A stretch of DNA of 64,000 nt from Patescibacteria group bacterium UBA6201 (GTDB lineage: Bacteria > Patescibacteriota > Minisyncoccia > Phycocordibacterales > UBA918). This document shows positions 1 through 11,578 of this stretch, piece by piece. Below the pieces are notes generated by a model. It made no database searches, was not told the origin of the DNA, and worked only from the letters and a program-made list of their open reading frames with translations. Both the position numbers and the translations under genes were made by a program. The DNA is taken from the NCBI GenBank assembly GCA_002422025.1, contig DISV01000005.1:290948-354947 (forward strand), written 5' to 3'. Every line of letters starts with the position of its first letter. Position 1 is the stretch's first letter.

Positions 1-504
1 CATTACACCATTAACAATAGCAACAAAGAGACACATCATACCTAGATAGGCTAGGAGGAACTGCATAAAGGTAAACGAAGTCAGTCCTAGTGATACCAAT
101 GCAAACATGATGCCTAAGGTGTACCATGATCCACCTTGGATACCTGGACCTAAGATAGAAGGGATCCAGTGCTTAGTCATTGCGAGAGCATTAACAAATA
201 ATACTGCGATTATAAGCCATAGGGCGAGAGTGAAAGTGTTCCAATACTGCTCCATGGCCATTCCTTGGAGATTAAGGATATACCAAACCATTGCCATATG
301 TGCGACTGTAGTAACAAGGATCAGACCCATCGCTACTCGCAATACTATGTATACAACTTCCATCATACGACGCTCAGCCTTATCAATTTTCCCGTCTGCA
401 ATTGCAATAAAAAATTGAGTAATGGCGATGGTCGAACTACCTACTCCTAAAGATACGCCGATTGATTGTAATACTGCGATTACGATAATTATTGCTGTTT
501 CCAT
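1..504 (-). CDS. Polytopic membrane protein, 3'-truncated by window edge (hypothetical)
   Basis: Manual minus-strand translation from the ATG at 504 (MET AIIIVIAVLQSIGVSLGVG...) runs open to position 1 and has several hydrophobic helices. The plus-strand ORFs 107..418 and 265..450 overlap it and look non-protein-like. Confidence 0.5.
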   Translation of the reverse strand, partial: METAIIIVIAVLQSIGVSLGVGSSTIAITQFFIAIADGKIDKAERRMMEVVYIVLRVAMGLILVTTVAHMAMVWYILNLQGMAMEQYWNTFTLALWLIIAVLFVNALAMTKHWIPSILGPGIQGGSWYTLGIMFALVSLGLTSFTFMQFLLAYLGMMCLFVAIVNGVM

Positions 505-648
505 ATACCTTACATCATAGCAATAGCTTCACCCTAGGAAAGCAGTAGCTGTGCACAATCCTAACTGACATTTGCTAACTCACAGCAATATCCATTCAAA
601 TGGATTATGAAAAAAATCTACTGATGATTAAATTTATCTCCACTTCTT

Positions 649-2323
<1,675 letters not shown>

Positions 2324-2367
2324 CTATAATTGACCAAGTTCAGAATGAAGTTGGTCAATTATAGCTT

Positions 2368-3273
2368 TCAAGAACCCATTGCCTCAACACCAGCGGTTAT
2401 TTCAGACACCTCTGCAGTAATGGCTGCTTGACGAGCCTTGTTGTATTTAATAGTCAGACTCTTAATCAATTCCTTGGACTTGTCAGTAGCGTTTTTCATC
2501 GCCACCATACGAGCTGAGTGTTCAGATGCCTTACTCTCAAGTAGTGCGTGATAAATAATAATCGCAACCAATTGAGGAATAAGTGTATTAAGTACCTCTT
2601 CAGAAGATGGTTCAACTAAATAATCAGTAGGTGTTCCAACACTATTTTCTATCTCACTCCACTTTCCTGACTTTGGTTTGATACCATCCATCATTAATTT
2701 AATTTCATCAGGATTGAGTGGTAACACTGTGCGCAAAGTCGGCACTTGCTCGAAAGTTGAAAGAAAGTTCTGGTAGATGATAGATACCTTTTGATACTTT
2801 GGTGACTCGTAGAGGGACAGGACCTTGTCGGCCATGCTAGTAACCTCCACTAAAGAGACGCCGTCAGCAACGTTTATATAATCACCAACTAAAGTAACAT
2901 TCTCTCTCACTGCGTACTCAACCGCCTTGCGGCCAATAGCTAATATCTCGACACTGTCTCCCGCAGCAATAATTTCATCCACTCTTTTCTGCACGGCACT
3001 ATTAACACTACCCGCTAAACCTTTGTCACTGGTCACCATCACTAACAGGTGTTTGCCTTCTGGTCGAACTTCCGCAAAAGGATGCGAGAGTCCGTCCTGT
3101 GAAGCACTGAGGCGTGACAGGATATTAAGTGCCGAGCGCACATAAGGGCGACCGACAAAGGCACGCTCCTGGCTCTTACGCATCTTAACCGCAGACACAG
3201 CCTCCATAGCCTTAGTTACTTGACCAGTTTTCTTGGTGGCAATTATTTTGTTTTTAACTTGTTTTAAGGCCAT
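2368..3273 (-). CDS. atpG: F1 ATP synthase gamma subunit (start placed at MALKQVKNKI, internal to the longest ORF)
   Basis: N-terminus MALKQVKNKIIATKKTGQVTKAMEAVSAVKMRK matches the gamma consensus; lies between atpA and atpD. Confidence 0.9.
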   Translation of the reverse strand: MALKQVKNKIIATKKTGQVTKAMEAVSAVKMRKSQERAFVGRPYVRSALNILSRLSASQDGLSHPFAEVRPEGKHLLVMVTSDKGLAGSVNSAVQKRVDEIIAAGDSVEILAIGRKAVEYAVRENVTLVGDYINVADGVSLVEVTSMADKVLSLYESPKYQKVSIIYQNFLSTFEQVPTLRTVLPLNPDEIKLMMDGIKPKSGKWSEIENSVGTPTDYLVEPSSEEVLNTLIPQLVAIIIYHALLESKASEHSARMVAMKNATDKSKELIKSLTIKYNKARQAAITAEVSEITAGVEAMGS

Positions 3274-3312
3274 GATTGATTTAGTACACGATACACAGCA
3301 GTTGCTTTGCAA

Positions 3313-4878
3313 CTAAGCTGCGTAAAACTGTGCATGTGATTCTTTATAGTCTTTAATTGCCTTATTAAGCTGATCTACTACTTCGTCGGTTAATTCACGA
3401 CCCTTCTCAATAGTGATCATCGTTTCCTTTCGGTCACGAGTGACAAAATCAATAAAGCTTTTTTCTATTTCTCGCACCTTCTCTGGAGTGGTACCTTCGA
3501 AGAGTCCGTTATTAGCACCATAGAGTGACACCACCTGTTCATAAAATGGCATCGGGTTACTTTGATTTTGCTTTAAGAGTTCTACATACTTACGACCAGA
3601 ATCAATACGTGACTTAGTGTCCTCATCTAGGTCACTAGCAAACTGCATAAAGGCTTCTAGTTCACGAAACTGTGCAAGTTCCAAGCGAATCTTTCCTGAC
3701 ACTTTCTTCATCGCCTTAGTTTGCGCCGCACTACCCACACGTGACACAGAAATACCGACGTTGAGAGCAGGACGGATACCCTTGTTAAAAAGATCCCCCT
3801 CCAAGAAAATCTGTCCGTCAGTAATAGAAATAACGTTAGTTGGAATATATGCTGAGACGTCACCTTCCTGAGTCTCAATAATTGGCAAGGCAGTTAATGA
3901 ACCTCCTCCAAGTTCTTTTGAGAGTTTGGCACTGCGTTCCAAAAGACGAGAGTGAAGGTAGAAAATATCTCCCGGATAGGCTTCTCGACCTGGTGGACGG
4001 CGGAGCAAGAGTGACATCTGACGATAGGCATTGGCGTGCTTAGAAAGGTCATCGAATACTACGAGAACGTCGCGACCCTGCTGCATAAAGTATTCACCAA
4101 TAGCAGCTCCTGCAAAAGGTGCTAGGAAAAGTAACGGAGAGGCTTCAGAAGCAGAGGTTGCAACAATGATGCTGTATTCCATTGCGCCAGCTGCTTCAAG
4201 CTTGGCCTTAAGGCTCGCGGTCTTTGAGCGTTTTTGTCCAATCGCTACATAAATACAAATTGGACGTTTGTCCTTCGGTTCATATTTCTGGTTAATTATT
4301 GTGTCGATAGCAATAGTCGTCTTACCAGTACCACGATCCCCGATGATGAGTTCACGCTGTCCACGACCGATTGGAATCATCGAGTCAATGGCTTTAATAC
4401 CGGTATGTAGTGGCTCGTTAACCGCGGATCGATCCATTACTCCGTAAGCAACGCGTTCAATCGGCATTTCTTTTTCAGCTTTTATATCTCCAAGCCCATC
4501 AATAGCTACTCCGAGAGGATTAACCACGCGACCGATAATATCTTCGCTTACTGGCACTGATAAAAGACGCCCAGTTTCCTTTACAACCATACCCTCTCGC
4601 ACTCGGCTTGAGTCACCCAAGATTACCGCCTTTACCGAATCCTCCTCTAGGTTGAGTACCAAACCGTAGAGTTCCGAAGTATCTTCGAGCGTATCCTTGA
4701 GGCTTTTACCTCCAGAAACATCAAAGGCCACCATCTCCATCATCTTGGCTCCCAAGAGACCTTCGATTTCCACGATACCATCAGATACCGCCGATACTAA
4801 ACCGACTCTTTCGGTTTTGGTTTCTGTGGAGAGACCAGCTATTTCTTGTTTTAGTTTTTCTACGATATTGGTACTCAT
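3313..4878 (-). CDS. atpA: F1 ATP synthase alpha subunit
   Basis: GDRGTGKT Walker A and alpha-type C-terminal domain; operon context. Confidence 0.95.
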   Translation of the reverse strand: MSTNIVEKLKQEIAGLSTETKTERVGLVSAVSDGIVEIEGLLGAKMMEMVAFDVSGGKSLKDTLEDTSELYGLVLNLEEDSVKAVILGDSSRVREGMVVKETGRLLSVPVSEDIIGRVVNPLGVAIDGLGDIKAEKEMPIERVAYGVMDRSAVNEPLHTGIKAIDSMIPIGRGQRELIIGDRGTGKTTIAIDTIINQKYEPKDKRPICIYVAIGQKRSKTASLKAKLEAAGAMEYSIIVATSASEASPLLFLAPFAGAAIGEYFMQQGRDVLVVFDDLSKHANAYRQMSLLLRRPPGREAYPGDIFYLHSRLLERSAKLSKELGGGSLTALPIIETQEGDVSAYIPTNVISITDGQIFLEGDLFNKGIRPALNVGISVSRVGSAAQTKAMKKVSGKIRLELAQFRELEAFMQFASDLDEDTKSRIDSGRKYVELLKQNQSNPMPFYEQVVSLYGANNGLFEGTTPEKVREIEKSFIDFVTRDRKETMITIEKGRELTDEVVDQLNKAIKDYKESHAQFYAA

Positions 4879-4910
4879 AAATTTTGATCAATTAAAGTTC
4901 TAAGCTGTCG

Positions 4911-5282
4911 TTATTTGATTGAACGACGATACCACGTGAGCAGTTTAGTCTTATGACTATCGTCAATACGCTTCCAATCCTTGGTTAAAATGTGACCCCC
5001 AACAATACTTTTATCCACAATAACGCGAGTGTCTTGAGTCGCTTCAGTTTTTGTAAGAAAAGATTTGGCATCACTCTCCGAAGCTACCACTAGGACAGGG
5101 GCTCCGGTTACACGATCCTCTTCCAAACTACGCAAAAGCGAGCGCAGTATATTTGGATAAATCTTGCTATGGCCGTGCTTCTCAAGCGTTAATTTCAAAC
5201 CACTAAAAATTGACGCCGGAGTAGCTCCTTTCTTTATCAATGCTTTTGTAGCCAACAAATACTGTTTTTGTGTGCTATTCAT
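4911..5282 (-). CDS. atpH: F1 ATP synthase delta (OSCP) subunit, short form (~123 aa)
   Basis: C-terminal half matches the delta consensus (TRVIVDKSIVGGHILTKDWKRIDDSHKTKLL). The start is set at internal MNSTQKQ so the gene only slightly overlaps atpF; the N-terminal domain appears reduced. Confidence 0.7.
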   Translation of the reverse strand: MNSTQKQYLLATKALIKKGATPASIFSGLKLTLEKHGHSKIYPNILRSLLRSLEEDRVTGAPVLVVASESDAKSFLTKTEATQDTRVIVDKSIVGGHILTKDWKRIDDSHKTKLLTWYRRSIK

Positions 5283-5727
5283 TACTATGATTTTTAAGAA
5301 TTTCCTCTGCAGCCAAAACAGCAATTTTCGCCACCTCAGACTCACTCTTCTTTCGCGCTTCCTCTATCAAAGCCTCAGCGCGAGACTCAGCTTGCTGGAG
5401 CTTGGCAGCATTGGCAGCATCAGCCTCAGCTCTGAGTGCTTCAGCTTTTTCTTTAGCGTGTACTTCAGCACGCTTCTCAACCGCCTCAGCTTCTTGGTGA
5501 GCCAAAGAAAGTATTTCCTTCTTCTCACCCGCTGCTCCCTCTAGCGTTTTCTTGGCGTCTTCTGCGTCTTTCAAACCTTGCTTAATCTTACCTTCACGCT
5601 CATTAACCAATTTCAAGATTGGTTTGTACAGAAAATAAGTCAACAAAGAAGCCAATATTACGAAGTTAATTACCTGAATGGTAATTAGTCGTACGTCGAT
5701 GCCAAAGGCTTGAATAAGTGAGTCCAT
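5275..5727 (-). CDS. atpF: Fo ATP synthase b subunit
   Basis: Single N-terminal TM helix followed by a long Ala/Glu/Lys-rich coiled coil; operon position. Confidence 0.8.
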   Translation of the reverse strand: MDSLIQAFGIDVRLITIQVINFVILASLLTYFLYKPILKLVNEREGKIKQGLKDAEDAKKTLEGAAGEKKEILSLAHQEAEAVEKRAEVHAKEKAEALRAEADAANAAKLQQAESRAEALIEEARKKSESEVAKIAVLAAEEILKNHSNE

Positions 5728-5958
5728 TGTTAGTTTTTAGTTGTTAGTTGGCAGTTTTTAGTGTCAATCGAAGTGTTTTAAACTTAAGAAATTGGATGCA
5801 TATGTGCGGGTTGAAAAAATTTTTCGAGAGAGCGACCAAGAAAATAAAGAGTGTTCACACGACTATATTTTCTAAAGTACTCTCTGTGGTGCCTTAGATG
5901 ATCTAAAGTGACCGAAAAAAATTTTGAAACTCGTGCAAAAGCACCAATTTATAGAGTT

Positions 5959-6210
<252 letters not shown>

Positions 6211-6347
6211 TTAGTTTCTAGTAGTTAATGTCTGACACTATCAACTAATAACTAATAACTTACTACTGAATAATGTTCTGCTCACGGGCAGACAGGAACC
6301 AATCAAAATGACTGACTCCTGTCCGCCTGCGATTTCTGACCTCGTGG

Positions 6348-7136
6348 TTAATGAGGTTCCTCAATCGCTAGCTTAATGAAGAACAGTGTGAGAATAGCAA
6401 AAATGAAAGCCTGAATAAAGCCCACAAAAAGTTCATAAGCGATTAGCGGTACCGGTAGCACGTACGGTGTAGCCAGGAACATGACCACCAACAATAATGT
6501 CTTGCCGGCGAAAATATTTCCAAATAGACGGAAAGAGAAAGAGATTAAACGAGCCATCTCGGAAAGGAGTTCAATAATACCAATTACGAACGCCAGGGGT
6601 GACCTGAAGTTTATAAACTTCCCAACATATTTAAAGAAGCCAAGAATAGTTACTCCAGCCAATTCAATTGCAAAGAAGGCAACCAAAGCAAAAGCAATCG
6701 TGATGTTTAGATCTGTGGCTGGCGGGTGAAAGAAAGGAACTAATTTGGAAACCACTTCTTCATGAGATTCAACATCCTTATATATACCAATAGAATCAAC
6801 TCCAGGCAGAAGACCAACCCAATTCATCAGAAGAATGAAGATGAAGATGGTCATCACGAGCGGAAAGAAACGACGTGCTAAGCTGGTACTTTCTAACACC
6901 TCAGACATATAGTCAAAAACCGAGACAATCAAGAGTTCCACCACGTTTTGTAACTTTCCTGGAACTAAAGACAATCTAGTATTAACAACTAGAGCTACTA
7001 AGAGCAATATAGCCATCGTTAGCCAAACCGTCAAAAGTGTATTGGTAACTGGTATACCAAAAAGCGTGGCCACGGAATCCGGGGCTAGGTGTATAGATAA
7101 ACCTTCAGCAGCATGAGCTGTTTGGGCAAATAACAT
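6348..7136 (-). CDS. atpB: Fo ATP synthase a subunit
   Basis: Polytopic protein with the conserved C-terminal RLFGN motif (SFRLFGNIFAG). Confidence 0.85.
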   Translation of the reverse strand: MLFAQTAHAAEGLSIHLAPDSVATLFGIPVTNTLLTVWLTMAILLLVALVVNTRLSLVPGKLQNVVELLIVSVFDYMSEVLESTSLARRFFPLVMTIFIFILLMNWVGLLPGVDSIGIYKDVESHEEVVSKLVPFFHPPATDLNITIAFALVAFFAIELAGVTILGFFKYVGKFINFRSPLAFVIGIIELLSEMARLISFSFRLFGNIFAGKTLLLVVMFLATPYVLPVPLIAYELFVGFIQAFIFAILTLFFIKLAIEEPH

Positions 7137-7301
7137 AACAAATGCAAGCTATCTTAGCATAAATGCCACTATCTTTAAAGCAGACGTCTTGGGAAAAATA
7201 AGGACTTTAGATAGGAAAATAAGTCAGCTTTAAATTAAAATACTCTTGGACAAGATATCCAAGAGTATTTTAAAAGTGTTTATTTAGTGGATTAGTGTTA
7301 A

Positions 7302-8015
7302 CTATGCTACCGAATTTGGTGAAAAGGAAACCGAAGCTTCAGGCGTAGTCGCTGGAAGGGTTTTAACTTCCTTATAAAGTAGATACACGTACACTACAGC
7401 TATCGGAGTTAGTAATACTGTGAGTGCAGTTACCAATGCCTCAGTAACTACATGATTAGGCAAAAAGACAGAAATTGTAGAAATAAGCATACTAAGTAGC
7501 AAGACGAATACACTCATCGCTATTAGACGACCAAATATTGCCCACCATTTGCCACGTGTATATTCTCGACTTTTTTTCAAGGACTCCACAATTGCTCCAT
7601 TCTCAAGCACTAAAACAAAAGTGGCAAATGCGAACCAGACAGAAAGAATGATGCCAGGAATAATAAGTAGCAAGAAACCAACCATCATTATAATGGACAT
7701 TAGTAGTGATAGACCGATGTATCGCCAAAAATATGGCCATGCACGTCTATAGGCCTCCTTGGCCGTTATAGAATTATCATTAATAGCTAGAATCAGAGCG
7801 ACTGTCATCAAGACACTAAGGACAACATAAATAAACATCAACACTACATAGACTATAGACTCAGAAGTAATCATTATTCCCGTTGCCTTATTTGGGGCAA
7901 AAAGAGCAGTGAGAAATGAAACTACAATTGGTATAAACAAAATAGATAGGAACAAGAAAAAATTAGCACTCACTATCGCTAATGAATTCTTGAATAGTTG
8001 AATTGGTCCAGGCAT
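7302..8015 (-). CDS. Hypothetical polytopic membrane protein upstream of the atp operon
   Basis: 237-aa ORF with ~6 hydrophobic helices. It is not AtpI-like in size. Confidence 0.5.
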   Translation of the reverse strand: MPGPIQLFKNSLAIVSANFFLFLSILFIPIVVSFLTALFAPNKATGIMITSESIVYVVLMFIYVVLSVLMTVALILAINDNSITAKEAYRRAWPYFWRYIGLSLLMSIIMMVGFLLLIIPGIILSVWFAFATFVLVLENGAIVESLKKSREYTRGKWWAIFGRLIAMSVFVLLLSMLISTISVFLPNHVVTEALVTALTVLLTPIAVVYVYLLYKEVKTLPATTPEASVSFSPNSVA

Positions 8016-8090
8016 ATTTAATGCTTAATTAATATACTTGAATTATAGCACTTTAGGGGTGCGCGGTAGGAGTTTTGCACAGGGATGGAT

Positions 8091-8115
8091 TGGATGACCC
8101 GAGAGGATTCGGTCA
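8091..8115 (-). repeat. Degenerate copy of the tRNA-Ala 3' end (T-arm/acceptor fragment ending TCCA)
   Basis: The 16-mer gacccgagaggattcg (8096-8111) is a perfect direct repeat of 8273-8288 inside tRNA-Ala. The reverse complement reads ...GACCGAATCCTCTCGGGTCATCCA. Confidence 0.6.
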
Positions 8116-8270
8116 CAACTCTGGTGTTTACACACCAGGTCGCGACCTCGCCTCGCTTGCCTGCGGCATCGCTCCGGCCTTCGAATCCTCACGCAAGCAA
8201 AGCAGTTTGCTTGCTTCGGGTCCACATGAAAATCAAAAGCCACACTTGCGTGTGGCTAAGATTTTCTATG

Positions 8271-8343
8271 TGGACCCGAGAGGATTCGAACCCCCCGCCT
8301 CCTCAGTGCAAATGAGGCGCTCTACCAAATGAGCTACGGGCCC
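8271..8343 (-). tRNA. tRNA-Ala (anticodon UGC)
   Basis: The reverse complement reads GGGCCCGTAGCTCATTTGGTAGAGCGCCTCATTTGCACTGAGGAGGCGGGGGGTTCGAATCCTCTCGGGTCCA. It has a 7-bp acceptor stem with the G3:U70 alanine identity pair, D-stem GCTC/GAGC, an anticodon loop TTTGCAC (anticodon TGC), T-loop TTCGAAT and discriminator A. No CCA is encoded. Confidence 0.8.
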
Positions 8344-8351
8344 AGTTAAGT
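8332..8351 (-). repeat. Direct repeat copy 1 (tRNA-Ala 5' end plus 7 bp of 5' flank)
   Basis: agctacgggcccagttaagt occurs perfectly again at 8455-8474. Confidence 0.7.
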
Positions 8352-8389
8352 ACTGAACGAACTAGCTAGGCCACCCTGCTCAAGGTGTA

Positions 8390-8474
8390 GGGCTCATTTG
8401 CACTACGTGCAAATGATTCGAAAGCCTACTAGGCTTTCTCACCCCCACCACATAAGCTACGGGCCCAGTTAAGT
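8390..8474 (-). pseudogene. Decayed tRNA-Ala-derived fragments: inverted anticodon-arm hairpin and a second copy of the 5' end
   Basis: ctcatttgcac, the tRNA anticodon-arm sequence, occurs on the opposite strand inside a hairpin tcatttgcac-tac-gtgcaaatga (8395-8416). agctacgggcccagttaagt is repeated at 8455-8474. No complete cloverleaf can be folded. Confidence 0.45.
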
Positions 8475-8556
8475 GTTGGGCACTTTTATCAGCATTTACT
8501 CTGGTATAAAAGTTCAGATATATTACTGATTTATGCACCTAAAGTCAAAGGGTAAG

Positions 8557-9102
8557 CTACGGCATCAACCAAGGTGTGCTACTACTAAGTGACAAAACGC
8601 CTCCAATACTTAAAGTATTGTCTGGTAGCCAAAATGAAGATTTGGCGACAGCGTTGTCTGACATAACAAGATTTTCTTTGTTCTTAACTGGATAAACCAT
8701 GTCCTCACTAACCACATATATAAAGTGGTAGCAAGAATCGCTATCATCCATGCTAGCGCAATAATGAACCATTGTGCCATCGAGTGAGACCGAAGAGGAA
8801 ACCACCTCTCGATGAAAACCAAATTCAAGATCCTCTTCGGAGCCTTTGGCACTAATTATTCGCTGCCTTTCTCCATTTGTCACAAATAAACCTTCATCGG
8901 TAACAATTGTTTCTACAGCACCATATGCTGAGGCTTGTTGAACTACTCGACCTTCAGACTGACTATTGTCTTCCTCAAAATACTTTGGACTAACGTCATT
9001 TAATTCAAAAGCAATATAGGCAGTAGTGAATCCTATTAAATAAGCTAAACCGATCAATATAGCTTTAGTATGATCAGTTACAGGAACTGTCTTTTTCTTC
9101 AT
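8557..9102 (-). CDS. Hypothetical membrane-anchored/secreted protein
   Basis: 181-aa ORF with an N-terminal hydrophobic anchor (AILIGLAYLIGFTTAYIAF); no recognisable domain. Confidence 0.45.
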   Translation of the reverse strand: MKKKTVPVTDHTKAILIGLAYLIGFTTAYIAFELNDVSPKYFEEDNSQSEGRVVQQASAYGAVETIVTDEGLFVTNGERQRIISAKGSEEDLEFGFHREVVSSSVSLDGTMVHYCASMDDSDSCYHFIYVVSEDMVYPVKNKENLVMSDNAVAKSSFWLPDNTLSIGGVLSLSSSTPWLMP

Positions 9103-9155
9103 TATTATGATTATGCATTTGAACCAGCAAATAGTCTATATAAAACTGTGCATAA

Positions 9156-10118
9156 TTAGCTCGCACTAGCTACTAAATGCAAAACGAAATCATCGTAAGA
9201 GTGACCAACAGCAGATAATGCTTTAGGTAGGAGCGATTCATTAGTCAAGCCTGGTAATGTGTTGGTTTCCAAAAAATAAATACCATTCGGACTCACAATA
9301 AAATCACTGCGAGAGTACTGTGACAAACCTAAATGATGATGAGCTTTTAAAGCGGCATCGCTTAAGGCATCTTTTTCCTCACGAGAAAAACGACCCGGGC
9401 AAATTTCTTCGGTTGCTCCATTATATTTAACTTCATAATCAAAAAATCCGTTTGCAGGTGGTGGCACAATCTCAATAACTGGTAGACTATAGTGTTTTTG
9501 ACCTCGGAGGTTTTCCACGATACCAACAGTGGCTTCACGGCCATCGATACATTTTTCTACTAGTACCTCTTCCCTTTCTTTAAGGGCGCGAGTTAATGCA
9601 TTAACTAGCTCATGAATACCATGGGCCTTGTAGGTTGCAATGGAAGAACCGCCGTTTACTGGTTTAACAAAATATGTTGGCCCAAAGAGTGACTCGATAC
9701 CAGCAGCTACCCGACGTACATCGGTACTGGACCGAGTGACACGTAAGTGTGGTGCTGTCTTCACGCCAGCAGAGCGGAGAATGTCCTTGGTAAGAATTTT
9801 GTTCATAGTAAGTGCAGAAGGATAAGCACGACTGCCGGTATAACGTATACCAATGCGATCCAAAATCCTCTGCACAGTTCCGTCCTCACCATACGCTCCA
9901 TGCAATGCCACAAAGGCGACGTCTGATGTAGAAAGTGCTGCTGCCGGCTCTTTAGCAAAACCATGAACCATCCATTCACCCTGTTTGTTAATAATAACGT
10001 CCACAGTAGAAAGACCTTGCCGAGCCAAAGCAGACAACACCTCAGCTCCCGTCTTCATCGAGACGTCGTACTCCTCACTGGTTCCACCGCGCAAAACTGC
10101 AACTCGCAGATTTTTCAT
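9156..10118 (-). CDS. ddl: D-alanine--D-alanine ligase
   Basis: ATP-grasp Ddl signature regions (VFVALHGAYGEDGTVQ..., FVKPVNGGSS, ETNTLPGLT). Confidence 0.9.
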   Translation of the reverse strand: MKNLRVAVLRGGTSEEYDVSMKTGAEVLSALARQGLSTVDVIINKQGEWMVHGFAKEPAAALSTSDVAFVALHGAYGEDGTVQRILDRIGIRYTGSRAYPSALTMNKILTKDILRSAGVKTAPHLRVTRSSTDVRRVAAGIESLFGPTYFVKPVNGGSSIATYKAHGIHELVNALTRALKEREEVLVEKCIDGREATVGIVENLRGQKHYSLPVIEIVPPPANGFFDYEVKYNGATEEICPGRFSREEKDALSDAALKAHHHLGLSQYSRSDFIVSPNGIYFLETNTLPGLTNESLLPKALSAVGHSYDDFVLHLVASAS

Positions 10119-10122
10119 CCCG

Positions 10123-10341
10123 TTAGAAATTATTGATGGCTTTTAAACTTCCCGTAACGCGACCTTGAACTATCTCAGAGCAATACATATGGTATGTCTC
10201 TTCATAATTTCTAACGGGATTCATACCCTCATTATATAACAACTCTTTAGATAACTCTCTAGAAAAGAGAACGGTTTCTTCTTTGTCTATGGAAACCGAT
10301 GGAGAAACGATGAGCTTCTGCATTAGCCAGCAAAATTGCAT
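10123..10341 (-). pseudogene. Possible frameshifted remnant of the uvrC C-terminal (HhH) region
   Basis: 72-aa ORF in a different frame, overlapping the uvrC 3' end. It has weak resemblance to the UvrC HhH segment (SVSIDKEETVLFSRELSKELLY vs consensus S.LE.I.G.G.KR...LLK.F). Confidence 0.3.
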
Positions 10342-11488
10342 CGTGGTGTTTTTTAAGAATACTGGCAGGCCCTAAAACACGTACTGGACGGTGACGATCA
10401 TCTTTAACGACAGCCACTACCGGAATTGCTAAATTAAACTTTTTTAGGACAATTAAGGCTATGTTCTTCTGAGCAGTACTGCCATCAACAGCAATCACCT
10501 GCGGTAATGGCCACTCGTCGTGCCCGAGGCGTCTCTCTAACACTTCACGCAAGGCAGCGGTATCGTTAGCTTTATCGACCGAGTTAATCTTAAATTTTCG
10601 GTAGTCAGACCGCCGAATTTCCCCACCTTCAACTACAGTCATCACCCCCACCATATTCTGTCCAGAGAGGTGCGCTATATCGTAAGCTTCGATACGTACA
10701 AAATTTTCATCGCGGTAAATTCGAGAGTCGTCTTTTATTAAAGCAACGTCATGAATATGAGTAAGAGCAAAAATTTTCTTCTTGACTATATTGGCTTCTT
10801 CAAACTTTTGTTCCTTGGCAAAAACTTTCATTTCATTCTGCAGGTCTTTAATGATTTGTTGCTTCTTGCCTTCAAAGAAAAGTCTGATGTGTTTGATGGT
10901 ACGTAAATAATCCTTTTGATTACCTTCAGTTGGATACAAGCCAATTTGGCGATTAAAATCAATTTTGCCACGTGCCATTTTTGACTTCTCGTTTCCAAGT
11001 GGAATTTTGGTGTCATAGAACTGGAACAAACGTCGAACTATTTTCAAAGCTTCTCTAAATAGTTGTCCGCTCGGAAAAGGTCCAAAATGATAGAGAATTC
11101 CGTCCTCATTCATAGTGACCAAGTCTTTACCGCGCACCACCAATACTCGTGGCCACTCTTCGTCGGTAATAACAAGATGATTGTAGCTTTTGTCATCCTT
11201 GGCTAGAGTGTTGTACTTTGGCTTATGAGAACGAATGAGGTTAGTCTCGAGAATCATCGCCTCAAGCACGGAGTCGGTCACTGTTATATCCACCCCTTTT
11301 GCTTCCTTGACCATCTTTTCAATGAGAGCTGAGCGCTTCTCCTTAAGATCAGGAGCAAAATAACTCCGTACTCGGTTCTTAAGTGAAGTGGCCTTGCCGA
11401 TATATAACACTTCCTTGTTCCGCCCAAGGAAAAAATACACGCCAGGCGTATCAGGTAATTTCTTTTTTGCTAAAGCTTCCTTGGTCAT
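10259..11488 (-). CDS. uvrC: Excinuclease ABC subunit C with GIY-YIG, UvrBC-interaction and RNaseH-like domains; reading frame stops before the HhH domain
   Basis: GIY-YIG motif (GVYFFLGRNKEVLYIGKATSLKNRVRSYF). The C-terminal region EAHRFSIGFHRQRR matches the end of the UvrC endonuclease domain, and the stop follows immediately. Confidence 0.8.
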   Translation of the reverse strand: MTKEALAKKKLPDTPGVYFFLGRNKEVLYIGKATSLKNRVRSYFAPDLKEKRSALIEKMVKEAKGVDITVTDSVLEAMILETNLIRSHKPKYNTLAKDDKSYNHLVITDEEWPRVLVVRGKDLVTMNEDGILYHFGPFPSGQLFREALKIVRRLFQFYDTKIPLGNEKSKMARGKIDFNRQIGLYPTEGNQKDYLRTIKHIRLFFEGKKQQIIKDLQNEMKVFAKEQKFEEANIVKKKIFALTHIHDVALIKDDSRIYRDENFVRIEAYDIAHLSGQNMVGVMTVVEGGEIRRSDYRKFKINSVDKANDTAALREVLERRLGHDEWPLPQVIAVDGSTAQKNIALIVLKKFNLAIPVVAVVKDDRHRPVRVLGPASILKKHHDAILLANAEAHRFSIGFHRQRRNRSLF

Positions 11489-11578
11489 ATCACAAGAATA
11501 TACCTCGTGGAGGGTGACGATACAACATTGACGTAAATATTAAAGGCCACGCGACAAATGTCGCGTGGCCTTGGTTCT

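Noticed and set aside
107-450. Plus-strand ORFs 107..418 and 265..450
   Set aside because: They lie antisense within a convincing minus-strand polytopic membrane protein ORF that runs to the window edge. Their sequences are not protein-like.
8091-8230. Possible tmRNA, SRP RNA or intron-containing tRNA in the GC-rich segment next to tRNA-Ala
   Set aside because: The tRNA-like end (…CGGGTCATCCA) has no matching 5' acceptor strand. No tmRNA tag reading frame or resume codon could be found. The GUUUAC..CAGGUC similarity to SRP domain IV lacks the GGAA tetraloop. I cannot fold a consistent structure by eye, so only the repeat nature is reported.
8043-8332. Three overlapping ORFs (8043..8243 -, 8075..8332 +, 8085..8315 +) in the tRNA-Ala region
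   Set aside because: They overlap the tRNA gene and its GC-rich repeat/hairpin field, and their amino-acid sequences are low-complexity (R/P/A/S-rich) artefacts of GC-rich non-coding DNA.
10828-11016. Numerous short antisense/internal ORFs inside large genes (for example 1533..1715, 10828..11016, 12934..13125, 28145..28408, 39300..39587)
   Set aside because: Each is embedded in or antisense to a well-supported longer gene with clear homology, so they are treated as frame artefacts.
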